From IMG/VR virus record IMGVR_UViG_2061766007_000865: a stretch of DNA of 64,000 nucleotides; one strand, 5' to 3'. The stretch's first letter is position 1; every line of letters starts with the position of its first letter. The position numbers were made by a program, and so were the translations under genes. Source of the DNA: an uncultured virus (IMG/VR IMGVR_UViG_2061766007_000865) (Duplodnaviria; Heunggongvirae; Uroviricota; Caudoviricetes). Shown piece after piece: positions 10,168 to 20,869 of the stretch. The notes under the pieces were generated by a model, which worked only from the letters and a program-made list of their open reading frames with translations, was not told where the DNA came from and searched no databases.

Positions 10168-12216
10168 TTATTCTTTGTCAATAAACTTACCAAGTTCGTC
10201 AATCATTTTGTCGAATTCTTCATTAATCAACAATGAATCCTCATCATAGACGCTTGCACGTTTGTACTCAGTCTCCCTATGTTTCTCTTTACGCTCCTTC
10301 AAAGTCGAGAGATACCTATTGAACATTTCGTCAAGCTTGTTGTTCTGTTCATTTATGAGTGGCTTGTTCGAATATCTAGACTCCATTGGCGCATTCTCGT
10401 CATTTCCCATCTCAGCAGTTGGCATTGAACCCTCTTGAGCTGGTTCCATTCCATTTTCACCTTCGTTTCCAAGACCTTCCATGTCTCCACCCATATCTGG
10501 TGCCTCTCCCATAGGAGGTGGTGCTCCCATTCCGCCACCCATGCCGCTGCCGCCAGCATTCATGCCACCTTGACCACCTTGCATGTCATCCACATATTCT
10601 GCGCCTGGTTCACCATAGATTCTATCAACGGTATCGAAGATGCCAGTCTTCTTGATAATCTGTGTGGTTTTCTCAAGTTCAGCAGCAATACCCTTCTCAA
10701 GACGAATCTCCTCAAGGTTCTCCTTAATCTCTTTCTCAGACCATTTCATAATCTGCTTGAGAGCACGAGTCTGTGACATAACTGGAAGTCCGTTTCCTGG
10801 GTCTGATACAGCATCTCTAACAGCATCAATCTTCTTCTGCATGTTCTCAATCTCCAACCCTTCAGCTTGCGTTGATGGGTTGTTCATAGTCAACGAGAAA
10901 TTGGTCAACTCGTCATTGAATCCTAGCAAGAACAAATGAATCGAAGCTACCTTTGTAAGTTCCATCAAGAATGCTTGCTGTATTCTGTTAACCAATCTAG
11001 TGAAACGAATATCCATGAGGGCAAGGTTCTTACCATCACCAACGCCGTCTTCAAAGTTCAAGAACGATTTAGGTATCCTAAGTGCTGTTACAACCTTATT
11101 CTGCACAAACTTGATGTCATCAAGAGCAGTAATGTTCTGGCCTGCTTGAAGGGTGTCGATTGGAGTTGGTGCATTCTCATCACGAACTGGAATGAATATA
11201 TCATTGTCAATTCCAAGAATGTTCTTACGAAGGTCAATCTGTCCAGTCACTGGGTCAATAATCGGTGTCCTCTTGAACTCATTTGCAATCTGTTCAACAT
11301 ATGCCTCAACATCTGCATCGTCAATTGCCCCAACGAAAATCTTATATACACGCCTCTCAACAGAACGCTCAAGACGATAGATAAGCATCATGTCCTCCAT
11401 AAGCGAAAGCATTCTCCAATGCCTACGTGCGGCATTAAGCACACTTATACCATATGGGAGATATAATGAGTTGGTAAGCAATCTGAAATGTGCAACTTGC
11501 CAATCTCTGAATGGCACTTGGGAGTTGTTGTCATCCAACCATATAAACTGAGTCGATAGGTCTGCATCGTCCTTCGTGATTCCATTAACGGCAATTGACG
11601 CACCAGCACCATAAGGATTCTGGATTCCATTCTCAATCCTCTCCATGTTAAACACTGGAAGCTGCTTCCAACCCTTTACACCATTCTTATGGTCAATGTC
11701 TAGCAACATGAACTGATTACCATACTTACACATCGCACGGATAATCATTGGCGCTGTCAGCTGGATATTAAGCCTATTCACAAACAAATCCTCAAGTATA
11801 CTCTTGATTCTGTCAGATTTTGAATATACATTGACTACCATCCCTTTGTCAGATGTCACACATGCCTCTTCTGCATACGTATCAAGTGCTGCACCAATCT
11901 CTGGAAACGCATCCATCAAGTCAGCATCACGGTACATAAGCTTGACGTTGTTAAGTCCTGCATATGCAGTAACAGATAGGTTGACATTTGCCTTAACCCA
12001 TCTGTCCTTCAAGTACTTATCTTGCTGAAGCTCTAACTTCTTCTGTAGATAATCATCCTTGTCTGACGTTCTGTATATCACGTCATTTCCGCCATTAGAG
12101 GACAAATCATATGAATTGATGTGAGGCTCTGCCACTGACGTTGATGGGGAAGACCATTTACCACTTATCGCTTTATCTAGAGCTTGAAAAACTGTATTCT
12201 TTTTTGCCATCTTCAA
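10168..12216 (-). CDS. Portal vertex protein (T4 gp20-like)
   Basis: 'FPEIGAALD', 'LSLMEDMMLIYRLERSVERRVYKIFVG', 'DIFIPVR...IDTL..GQN...DDIKF', 'DIRFTRLVNRIQ'; long Gly/Met/acidic tail. Confidence 0.93.
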   Translation of the reverse strand: MKMAKKNTVFQALDKAISGKWSSPSTSVAEPHINSYDLSSNGGNDVIYRTSDKDDYLQKKLELQQDKYLKDRWVKANVNLSVTAYAGLNNVKLMYRDADLMDAFPEIGAALDTYAEEACVTSDKGMVVNVYSKSDRIKSILEDLFVNRLNIQLTAPMIIRAMCKYGNQFMLLDIDHKNGVKGWKQLPVFNMERIENGIQNPYGAGASIAVNGITKDDADLSTQFIWLDDNNSQVPFRDWQVAHFRLLTNSLYLPYGISVLNAARRHWRMLSLMEDMMLIYRLERSVERRVYKIFVGAIDDADVEAYVEQIANEFKRTPIIDPVTGQIDLRKNILGIDNDIFIPVRDENAPTPIDTLQAGQNITALDDIKFVQNKVVTALRIPKSFLNFEDGVGDGKNLALMDIRFTRLVNRIQQAFLMELTKVASIHLFLLGFNDELTNFSLTMNNPSTQAEGLEIENMQKKIDAVRDAVSDPGNGLPVMSQTRALKQIMKWSEKEIKENLEEIRLEKGIAAELEKTTQIIKKTGIFDTVDRIYGEPGAEYVDDMQGGQGGMNAGGSGMGGGMGAPPPMGEAPDMGGDMEGLGNEGENGMEPAQEGSMPTAEMGNDENAPMESRYSNKPLINEQNNKLDEMFNRYLSTLKERKEKHRETEYKRASVYDEDSLLINEEFDKMIDELGKFIDKE

Positions 12217-12279
12217 TCATTTAATCAATATAAAAAATAATTCTCTTAGATATAAATATAAATATTTGTCGCTTTATAT

Positions 12280-15200
12280 TTATCTTTGATGACCAAATAA
12301 CCATAAATGCGTTCCATTTATGTGCTCATACTTTTTGGCTATCTTCTTACCGCTGTAGAAAGGCAAACCTCCTTTAGGGGTAATTACCTCACCGTTTACT
12401 ATCTTCGGCTTACTCATTGCAATACCGTTACCCCTCATGTAGGCATTTAATATGGCTTTGTCCTTATTCTGAGTATTCTGTATTCTGTTAACAGTATACT
12501 GCATGACGAACAACCCCATTGCCAATGAACAGAGAAGGTCATCATTTGCACCTTCCATATGGTCGATACGACCAGTTTCGCCTTTAAATATCCAAGTATT
12601 CAACTCATTGATAACACGAGCAGAACGAATCTTAATCTCATTATTACGAATCATTCCAGCTAGATTTGACAATACTGGATAACGGTTTCCTTGGAAGTGG
12701 AAGCCTGGAAGTTTATCTGTATAACCATCATAGTTCTTTGTTGACCTTTGTATTAAGTATGTTTTCTGATTCATGTCCTCATAATATAAGTTTTTATATC
12801 CCATTTGAAGAAGGGTTATAATTGCGGCATCTCCAATACCTCCAGTATTATCAACAACAATGAAAGCATCATTATACAATGTTGCGTACTGATAGCATAA
12901 AGCACCAATGTCATCGCCAAGTTTCTTTCCTCTATATTCAGCCACTTGCTCAATAATTGGCATACCATTTTCATCTCTGCCATCCATATCAATTATCTCA
13001 ATACCAGTTTTATCAAACGAAGTGCCCCTACTAGGGTCGCAATTATGAGTGGCAATGCCTCTGCAACAAAAAGTGTGTGAATCAGATTCCGTTTCAAAAT
13101 TATATACTATACAAGAGCTAATGGTTTTTGTAACCCTTTCAACTTTTACATAAAAATAAGATAAATCTTCAGAAAAATATAACCCTTGCTTTGTTGGCCT
13201 TATACTATCATATTTTTCACTGTTAATCTTTTTATAGAAAATTTTTGTACTATCTTTTCCCAATTGTATGCCATATGAATCTTTCCTATTTATAATTTTA
13301 CCATTTTCAACCCTTGAAAATGTTTTCCTTTTTAATTTCACAGTTGATGTTATCCCACAACTTAGCAAAATATCTTGAATGTCGCACAATAATTTTTTAG
13401 ATATGCTAGTTGCTCTTTGAGTGCCATCATAAGATGTATGTCCATCACCATCAAAGTATCCTTTGACTAGAGATAATTTATATTCTTCTGGTATTCTTTT
13501 TATCCATTCTGCTACAAATTTTCCATCTGCATAATGACCAAAATTTTCAGATAAAAACTTCTTAATTATATTAGAATAAAATACTACATCACAAGCATTA
13601 CACATTTTTCTTTCCAAGATAGAACATTTAAGTTTTATACTCTCATTCAAGAAGGCTGCTATTTTATCTATAACCCCCCTCTCGTTAATATTATGTGTTG
13701 TTTGAATATAATTATTTTTTTCTCTATAGCAACCCTCTGCTAACCACATACCACAATACCACNNNNNNNNNNNNNNNNNNNNNNNNNNNNNNNNNNNNNN
13801 NNNNNNNNTTTATTCCATGTATCTAAAATTTCATCGTTGGATAAAATATTATTCCTATAATAATTTGGCACTTCTAGCCAAGAACCAACAGAAATTTTAG
13901 AAGCATCATTGAAATCAAAGTTGTGCTTCCAAAAATGCTTTCTAGAAATTCTAACTTGTTTACCGTTTACTGTTTTTCTTCTACTTATATCTTTATACTT
14001 ACTATCTATTGATGACCAGATTGGGTGATTATGAGTAAATTTGATTGAATCAATAAAATTATGTGGTTTAATATCAATAATTTCTTCATCCATGACCTCC
14101 TTAATCATTCTTCTCTTTATTTTGGTGAGTTCACCTTCCTTTGTTACCAAAAGGTCATCATCTTTAACACCCTCCACATTAACCAATCCTCTCTGTGTCA
14201 TAATCATTTCGCCCTCTGGTAGGCATGCACAAATATATCTATGACCATCAATAGGCTTTTTCCAAAACCAAGTATCTGGCACAAGTGGGTCAACAAAGTC
14301 TTCAAGCGGTTCTCTAACGTTTAATGTCTCTTGCTGCTGGATGTATTTAGGTCCAACAACGTTATCAGCAGAACCCATGAACGATACGTCAAGCTCTTGG
14401 GCAATCTTCATCTCATCATTGTTGAAGGATTTGCACATGTCTTGATACCAAGGAGAATCAGGCTTCCAACCATCATGCTCAAGCTTTGCCCATCGAGCCT
14501 CGTCATACTTCACGCTGCCCTCACTGTCAACTATTGGGTCTTGGTCATATTCCCATTCTCCAGTATCTTCATTCTTCTTTTTCCAAACAAGATACTTATT
14601 AAATCTTGGGTCTTGATACCAACGGAACTGAACTGCCGTAAAGTTGTTTTCATGTGCTAACGCTTGACGATAAATGTTATAATATAATGCATCCATGCCA
14701 TTTGGCGTACTTACAATGACAGTCTTTGAATTTGGGTTAGATGCCATTGTAGCCGCTGCCGTCGTGTAAACCGAAATACCATCTTCAATAAAAGCTGCCT
14801 CATCTAAAATCAAAGTACCTACTGCGGAGATACCACGAGCTGCATTAGGACCAGAGGCACGAGCAATGATTCTACAGCCATTGAACAGCTTCAACTCACT
14901 CTTCGCATCCTTAACGAATATCGATTTGAGGTTCTTTTCTGAATTAGGGTCTGTGCTGAAATAGTCACTTCCCCAGTACCATCTAGGAACTTGTTCAAGG
15001 AAATCCCTTACCTTTATAATTATCTCATTCGCTTGGTCAAGTTTATTTGCAATACACAATATGGTTTGTGGAGCATCTTTTGGGGCAAAAGCGCACTCAG
15101 CAGCAGCCCAAGCAGACGATAACGTTGTGATACCGCACTGTCTTGGCTTGATGGCTATAACATTGTTATTTTCCGCTAGTGCCTTCAAGAATGCCCTTTG

Positions 15201-15341
15201 TCTTGGAAAACAATGGAATTGCGTCTTCTTACCCTTCATCGCATTAAACGTCGAAAAGTATTTCTCAACAAACATGATTCTGCTTTTATCACTATAACAA
15301 AGAGCATAGTCACGTTGCATTTCTTTGAAATCATATACCAT
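12280..15341 (-). CDS. Terminase large subunit (gp17-like) with intein; frame break falls at the N gap
   Basis: 'KPRQCGITT' Walker A-like, 'LILDEAAF' Walker B, 'VSTPNG', 'IAQELDVSF'; nuclease region 'CDPSRG...D' and 'NDDLL'. Confidence 0.93.
13042..14225 (-). mobile_element. Contiguous intein with LAGLIDADG endonuclease inside the terminase nuclease domain
   Basis: Starts A|CLPEGEMI; block B 'FTHNHPI'; 'WLAEG' and 'GYFDGDG' LAGLIDADG blocks; ends 'VYNFET...IATHN|CDPS'. Confidence 0.92.
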
Positions 15342-15549
15342 TTTTCTTAATTTCCTCTAATAGTTTATTTTCATCAGTTATTATATTATCCTCATATTGT
15401 TTATCAGAAAAATATAACAACCTAACATTATGTTCATTACAAAGTTGTTTCTTTCTTTTGTCCCTTATTATAATGCTCTTGAATGTATCATCACCACCAA
15501 AACGTTTAACTAGTTCAATAAACTCCTCTGTCGTTAGTCTTTTGTTCAT
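15331..15549 (-). pseudogene. Internally deleted homing endonuclease remnant upstream of terminase
   Basis: N-terminus 'KRLTTEEFIE' is fused directly to the nuclease C-terminus 'FGGDDTF...RDKRKKQLCNEHNVRLLYF'; compare intact 4508-5716. Confidence 0.6.
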
Positions 15550-15640
15550 AACATTAAATATCACTTTATAAAAAATATAAAAAATATTAAGATTCCAAAT
15601 CCAAATCAATGGAAATTATAATAAATATCAGCAATAAGAT

Positions 15641-15672
15641 AAAAAAAAGAGCAACCATCACTGATTGCTCAT
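15641..15672 (-). terminator. Intrinsic terminator
   Basis: gagcaaccatcactgattgctc hairpin with an A-run on + (U-run on -). Confidence 0.65.
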
Positions 15673-15680
15673 TTGTTATA

Positions 15681-16175
15681 CTATTGCCAACCCTTACCTT
15701 TTACGTATTTTGAATCACCCCTATCGAATTTTCCAATTTCGTCAGTTGCTTTTTGATATTTGTCAATAGTGTTTTTTGTTGGTTTCATTTTGGAACGAGG
15801 ATTAAATGCATGAGAACCATCTTTATCTTGTCTTGGGTAATATCCAGCATGCATTTGTGCATGCATTGGAGTCCAACGTCCCATTCCTCCATAAGCATTT
15901 CCAAATTGAGTAACTGTACCTTTTACATCTTGGTGATAAGGTAAACCATTTTCATCATATGTACCATCAAGTTCGTCATGTCCAAATTTGTCATTAAACC
16001 TATCTGTTGCAAATTGAGCTAAGTCTTCAGCTTTATCATCTTTCCCTTGCTCTGCTCGTTTCTTTGCAGCATTGGCATATGTTTTCCAATCCATTTCAGT
16101 AAGGATTTTGTTTACAGACTCCTTTACGATATTATGAAGGTCTGATTCAGTTAATCTTATAATTTTCTTATCCAT
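15681..16175 (-). CDS. Putative internal head protein with RLTES leader
   Basis: MDKKIIRLTESDLHNIVKESVNKILTE. Confidence 0.65.
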   Translation of the reverse strand: MDKKIIRLTESDLHNIVKESVNKILTEMDWKTYANAAKKRAEQGKDDKAEDLAQFATDRFNDKFGHDELDGTYDENGLPYHQDVKGTVTQFGNAYGGMGRWTPMHAQMHAGYYPRQDKDGSHAFNPRSKMKPTKNTIDKYQKATDEIGKFDRGDSKYVKGKGWQ

Positions 16176-16232
16176 TTTAAATACGTATTTTATTTGCTTA
16201 TTTCTGTCTTAACATTNNNNNNNNNNNNNNNN

Positions 16233-17853
16233 AAATATTTGGGTCTTGAGCTAATTTTGCATAAACCTTTGCTATATGTTCCTTATTTATTCTTCTTCCC
16301 TCTCCGCTATAGATTGCACCGAACTCATAGATAAGCTTTGTATATATCTTTGGTGCTAAACCTAAACGTTGGATTCCTTCATTCAATATAATGTGTATCT
16401 GAAGCATTGGTACTCTCTCCTCCTCACTGATTCTAATCTTTACGGTTTGTGCCATAAGGAGAATCATCTGTCTTGGTATAATCTCGCCATTGATGGTTAC
16501 AATCAAGTCCTCAGTGATGCCATTTATATTACCCTCAAGAAAATCAATGTTCTCTACGGTTGCAGACTGTACCAATTGCTGGTAGTATTCAATAGGCTTC
16601 TGAGGTGCTGCCTCATATTGTCCCATTGTATCTGCGTCTTCGTTTTCCTCAATCACCCCACCATCTTCTTCAGAGTCAAGTTCATATCCATTTGTCTCAG
16701 CTCCAGTGAAATACGAATCACTGATTAATGACTTATCGATATTCTTTGCGTTTATCCTATTGGTAAACTGTTGATAGCCGTTATCATACTCAGCATCCTT
16801 CATCAACTGGTCAACTATCTCATGTCCTCTATTGGTATTCGAAAGGATTTCCTTTACACTTGTGCTGAATTCCTCATTAGACTGTCTTATAAGACTTGTA
16901 AACATATATGGTATCATATTGGTGTCTTCCACCCTACCGAATATCTTGTTCCATAGCATAACGCCGAATCTTAAGTCCCAAGGTTCTGCAAGGACAAAAT
17001 CAGCCTTTTTAACCACAAACATGGCTTTCTCTCTATCCTCTGGCAATCCATGTGCCGAGAATAGTTCAAACAAGCCTTTAATGGTCTCTTGAAGCAACAA
17101 TGGGAATATGATGCCTTGTGCCTTTATGGTTGTCCTCTCACCGACACCCCCAAGATGTACCTCAACATATGAGCCTTGCATTGGTTTATCATCACTCATT
17201 TCCTCTTTCTTGATGAAAAGAAGATAATCATTAATTGTGACAATCTTCATGTATAAAGGTATAAGGTCTCTGTTAATCTTGTCAATGTCTTCTATATACA
17301 ACCCTAGCACCTTTGAATAGGTATATGCTGCGCCTTGAATCAATGAGTCAATGAAACGTCTCTTTTCCACTGCCTTATCAAACAATTCAATATCTGAGAC
17401 ATCATCAAATGTATATGTGATATTATCATCCGATTCTGGCTTCAGCCTTATTGCGTTCTTGAACTTTATCTTATCAACGAGTTTACACTTGAGATTCAGC
17501 ATTTCTTCTGGAATTGCAAACAATCTATTAACGGCATTCTCACAAATCTTCTCAAGTGTGTCCCTAATGGGTGTTTCCATATCCTTACACATCTTAAGAC
17601 AGTTGCTTAACTCACTCATAAGATAATCCTCGTCAAGACTTTCTAACCCCAACTTCTCTATGGCATCACACACTTCACCGAATCTAGCCTTAAGTATGGT
17701 ATAGTCAAAAGGGTAGTCGCCACCACTAGGGAACATGCTATTGTCCCCCAATGATGTCTCATGTGCTTTAACACTCTTGAATAGGAATTGAGGTAAAAGC
17801 CTTTTCTTGAAAACATTGGCAATCGTATCTTCTTTTAGATATATCTTCTTCAT
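16233..17853 (-). CDS. Virion-associated protein with C-terminal GNAT-like domain (3' end in gap)
   Basis: Helical N-domain; C-terminal 'IHIILNEGIQRLGLAPKIY' resembles the acetyl-CoA-binding Q/RxxGxA motif. Confidence 0.55.
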
Positions 17854-18308
17854 TATAAAGTGCTTAGGAAATTGCTTAACTCTTTCTTGGTGAATGGAAT
17901 CGAGTTCTTTCTCATCTCAGTTATTCTTGATTCACTTATTCCGTTACTCATTGATGTCTGTGGCTTTGTGAATGTAATCTGTGCATCATCAGCAGATTGG
18001 TCTTTAACCATGCGCTGCGCTTGTGCAAGCTGACTTCCGTTTGCATTGACTGGTACCTCCAACTTTATACCCTCTCCGCCATTCGTGTCAACTTGACCAT
18101 CGAGTTTACCAGCATCAGCAGAGGCTGAGGTGATTGAAGAATTCTTGTTCATCATCTGCTTCGCTTTCATCTGTGCTTGCTGAATACCATTAGCTGTCCC
18201 TAGGTTAGCATCGAAGCCATCCTCGTTGAGCCTCAACTGACTCTTTGAATAAATCTTGCCCTCACCAAGTGGCTTTAACTTCTTATCTTTCTTAACAAAT
18301 ATTTTCAT
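17853..18308 (-). CDS. Putative head protein
   Basis: Start MKIFVKK follows the ATATTTAT motif (18324-18331); contains 'LRLNE' and 'ISES...ITE' sites. Confidence 0.55.
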   Translation of the reverse strand: MKIFVKKDKKLKPLGEGKIYSKSQLRLNEDGFDANLGTANGIQQAQMKAKQMMNKNSSITSASADAGKLDGQVDTNGGEGIKLEVPVNANGSQLAQAQRMVKDQSADDAQITFTKPQTSMSNGISESRITEMRKNSIPFTKKELSNFLSTL

Positions 18309-18343
18309 ATATATATTTTCTTTATAAATATCTCCATAAAACA

Positions 18344-18372
18344 AAAAGGGATACTCGAAAGTATCCCTTTTC
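18344..18372. terminator. Intrinsic terminator
   Basis: aaaagggatact-cgaa-agtatccctttt perfect hairpin. Confidence 0.8.
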
Positions 18373-18375
18373 ATA

Positions 18376-18885
18376 TTATTTAAACTTTGGAGATTGGAAT
18401 GGTGTTATTGGACGATTCCTATATTCTTTCGGCATCGTGTCTTCAGGTCTCTTTGTACCCTCATGACCATCCAAAACATCATTTAAAACCTCATCGATTA
18501 TACCCTTGTAGTTGAAGGATGATTCCATTGGCATTCCATCATCTTGAGGAGCTGCATCTGATTTATCAGCAATACTCTTTGCATACTTGATAACTGCTGC
18601 CTTATCCTCTACTGACATGCCATCGATAATACTGTTGAGTTCGTCATCCCCTCCATTCTCTCCTCCCATCTCACTATCCATCGGAGGCTGGTCATCCATT
18701 GGAGGTTCACCACCACCCATTGGGTCATTCATCCCCATATTATCAGCACCCATTGGTGGTATTGGAGCATTATCTAAATCACCCATGCCATCCACACTAC
18801 CACCTAGAGGGTTGCTGTTTGGTATTCTCAGTTTAGTTGGTCTCTCCTCGAAAGCAATCTCATTTACTTTCTGTTTTTTTTTAAA
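18376..18885 (-). CDS. Acidic Gly/Pro/Met-rich ORF, probably a -1 frameshift extension of the upstream gene
   Basis: Frame is open up to 18909 with no in-frame ATG above the GTG at 18795, and overlaps the slippery site TTTAAAAAAAAAC. Confidence 0.6.
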   Translation of the reverse strand, partial: FKKKQKVNEIAFEERPTKLRIPNSNPLGGSVDGMGDLDNAPIPPMGADNMGMNDPMGGGEPPMDDQPPMDSEMGGENGGDDELNSIIDGMSVEDKAAVIKYAKSIADKSDAAPQDDGMPMESSFNYKGIIDEVLNDVLDGHEGTKRPEDTMPKEYRNRPITPFQSPKFK

Positions 18886-20378
18886 CGGTTGAAAGCTTCT
18901 GCAATTGCGTTATCGATTACTTGTGGGTCAATGTCGAATGGAGCACCGTCACCAATCTTCTCGCCGTAAGGAGTGTCATTCTTAACTGAATCGTCATTCA
19001 TGTCATAGTAATCTGGGAACTCTTGCAAATCCTTTGGAGGAAGTTCCATAACCTTCTTCTGATATGCTGGGTGCTTTCCAAAGTCATCCAACTTGTTCAT
19101 GTTACCACTTGGAACACGTCCTGCATCCTTGAATGGCTTCATACCTTCCTCATTTACTTTCTCCTTGCGCATTGCCTTTCTGAACGCCTTTGTTTCATAA
19201 ATCTGAACACCTTTATTGCGCTTGCTTTCCATTGGCATTTCGTCCTCAACTGGCTCCTCTTCACCCTCACCGTCGAAGAGTTCATCATCACCATATTCTC
19301 CAGCATCTACACTTGGCTCACTAATGCCCAACTTATCAGCAATCTGTGAAAGAAGCTCTTCCATTGCGCTAAGACGTGACTCAACATCGTCCTCATATAC
19401 TTCTTCACTTTCATCATCTCCTTCAAGCTCTTCGTCACCGAAATCGTCACCAAGTTCATCATCCATTGGTTCGCCTTCACCCTCTTCAGGAGCTGGAGCA
19501 CCATCAACGTCCTCGCCTCCGAAATCATCGAAAGCCTCGTCAATCTGCTTGCCCTTTTCACCATCGAAAGGCTTGTTGTTATCATCAGATGGACCTTCAC
19601 CCACACCTGGTTCTGGACTATTCTGATTATCTGAATCGTGCATTGAAGTACCTTCCTCTACAGTACCATTCTTCATCTCACCAGTGTTAGATGCCTTCTT
19701 GTCACCATCGTCAATGTTACGAGCTTCTGGACCGTCGAATGGAGCACTGTCACCAATTTCAGTACCATGAGACTTATCCATATAGTCATCATTGTCACGA
19801 TTCCAACCAAGAACCTCTTCCTCGTTGACAACACCCTCAGTCATACTAGCTGGAACCTCTGCGTTGGTATAATCAGCATTTGCAGAAGCTGCATCACCAC
19901 ACTCATCAACCTCGCTAGAGATGTTGTCCTTCTGAGACTTCTTGATGTCTTTATCACAAATTCCATTTGGACACTCTTTCTTACCCTCTGCAACCTTCAT
20001 TGCATTCTCCATAATCTGACGTGAACGTGCAATTTCCTTCTTCATCTTATCAGTTGACTCGATTACAACAGTCTCCTTCTTGTCCAAATCCCAAGAAGTA
20101 ATATTATAGTCCTTATTGCTTGCAGCCTCCCTAAGAGACATCATCTTCATGTCAAAGTTCTTCTGGGCATCAGCAAAGGAATCATACTGATAATCCTTAC
20201 GATTACGGAAGCCACCGATATAGTCAAAGTTCTCCTTAACAAGATTCTGTTTGTTAGGAGCAGACTTGATATAATACTTAGTACCTTCACGAACTATCCC
20301 ATAGACCTTACCGTCAGCGCCAAGTTTCTGGTTTTCTACTGAGCTGTATGGGGCTTTCTTACTTTCTGTTTGGAGACC
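18864..20378 (-). CDS. Acidic prohead core-like protein (5' end in gap)
   Basis: Frame open from the gap (GLQTESKKAPYSS...GADGKVYGIVREGTKYYIK); very acidic with repeated 'IGDSAPFD/IGDGAPFD' motifs. Confidence 0.7.
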   Translation of the reverse strand, partial: GLQTESKKAPYSSVENQKLGADGKVYGIVREGTKYYIKSAPNKQNLVKENFDYIGGFRNRKDYQYDSFADAQKNFDMKMMSLREAASNKDYNITSWDLDKKETVVIESTDKMKKEIARSRQIMENAMKVAEGKKECPNGICDKDIKKSQKDNISSEVDECGDAASANADYTNAEVPASMTEGVVNEEEVLGWNRDNDDYMDKSHGTEIGDSAPFDGPEARNIDDGDKKASNTGEMKNGTVEEGTSMHDSDNQNSPEPGVGEGPSDDNNKPFDGEKGKQIDEAFDDFGGEDVDGAPAPEEGEGEPMDDELGDDFGDEELEGDDESEEVYEDDVESRLSAMEELLSQIADKLGISEPSVDAGEYGDDELFDGEGEEEPVEDEMPMESKRNKGVQIYETKAFRKAMRKEKVNEEGMKPFKDAGRVPSGNMNKLDDFGKHPAYQKKVMELPPKDLQEFPDYYDMNDDSVKNDTPYGEKIGDGAPFDIDPQVIDNAIAEAFNRLKKNRK

Positions 20379-20869
20379 ATNNNNNNNNNNNNNNNNNNNN
20401 NNNNNNNNNNNNNNNNNNNNNNNNNNNNNNNNNNNNNNNNNNNNNNNNNNNNNNNNNNNNNNNNNNNNNNNNNNNNNNNNNNNNNNNNNNNNNNNNNNNN
20501 NNNNNNNNNNNNNNNNNNNNNNNNNNNNNNNNNNNNNNNNNNNNNNNNNNNNNNNNNNNNNNNNNNNNNNNNNNNNNNNNNNNNNNNNNNNNNNNNNNNN
20601 NNNNNNNNNNNNNNNNNNNNNNNNNNNNNNNNNNNNNNNNNNNNNNNNNNNNNNNNNNNNNNNNNNNNNNNNNNNNNNNNNNNNNNNNNNNNNNNNNNNN
20701 NNNNNNNNNNNNNNNNNNNNNNNNNNNNNNNNNNNNNNNNNNNNNNNNNNNNNNNNNNNNNNNNNNNNNNNNNNNNNNNNNNNNNNNNNNNNNNNNNNNN
20801 NNNNNNNNNNNNNNNNNNNNNNNNNNNNNNNNNNNNNNNTGTTAAAATATAGTGGAAACTATGGAAAAA

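Noticed and set aside
13740..13810. Split terminase intein
   Set aside because: The frame change coincides with an N run, and no real stop or new start is visible, so the intein is treated as contiguous.
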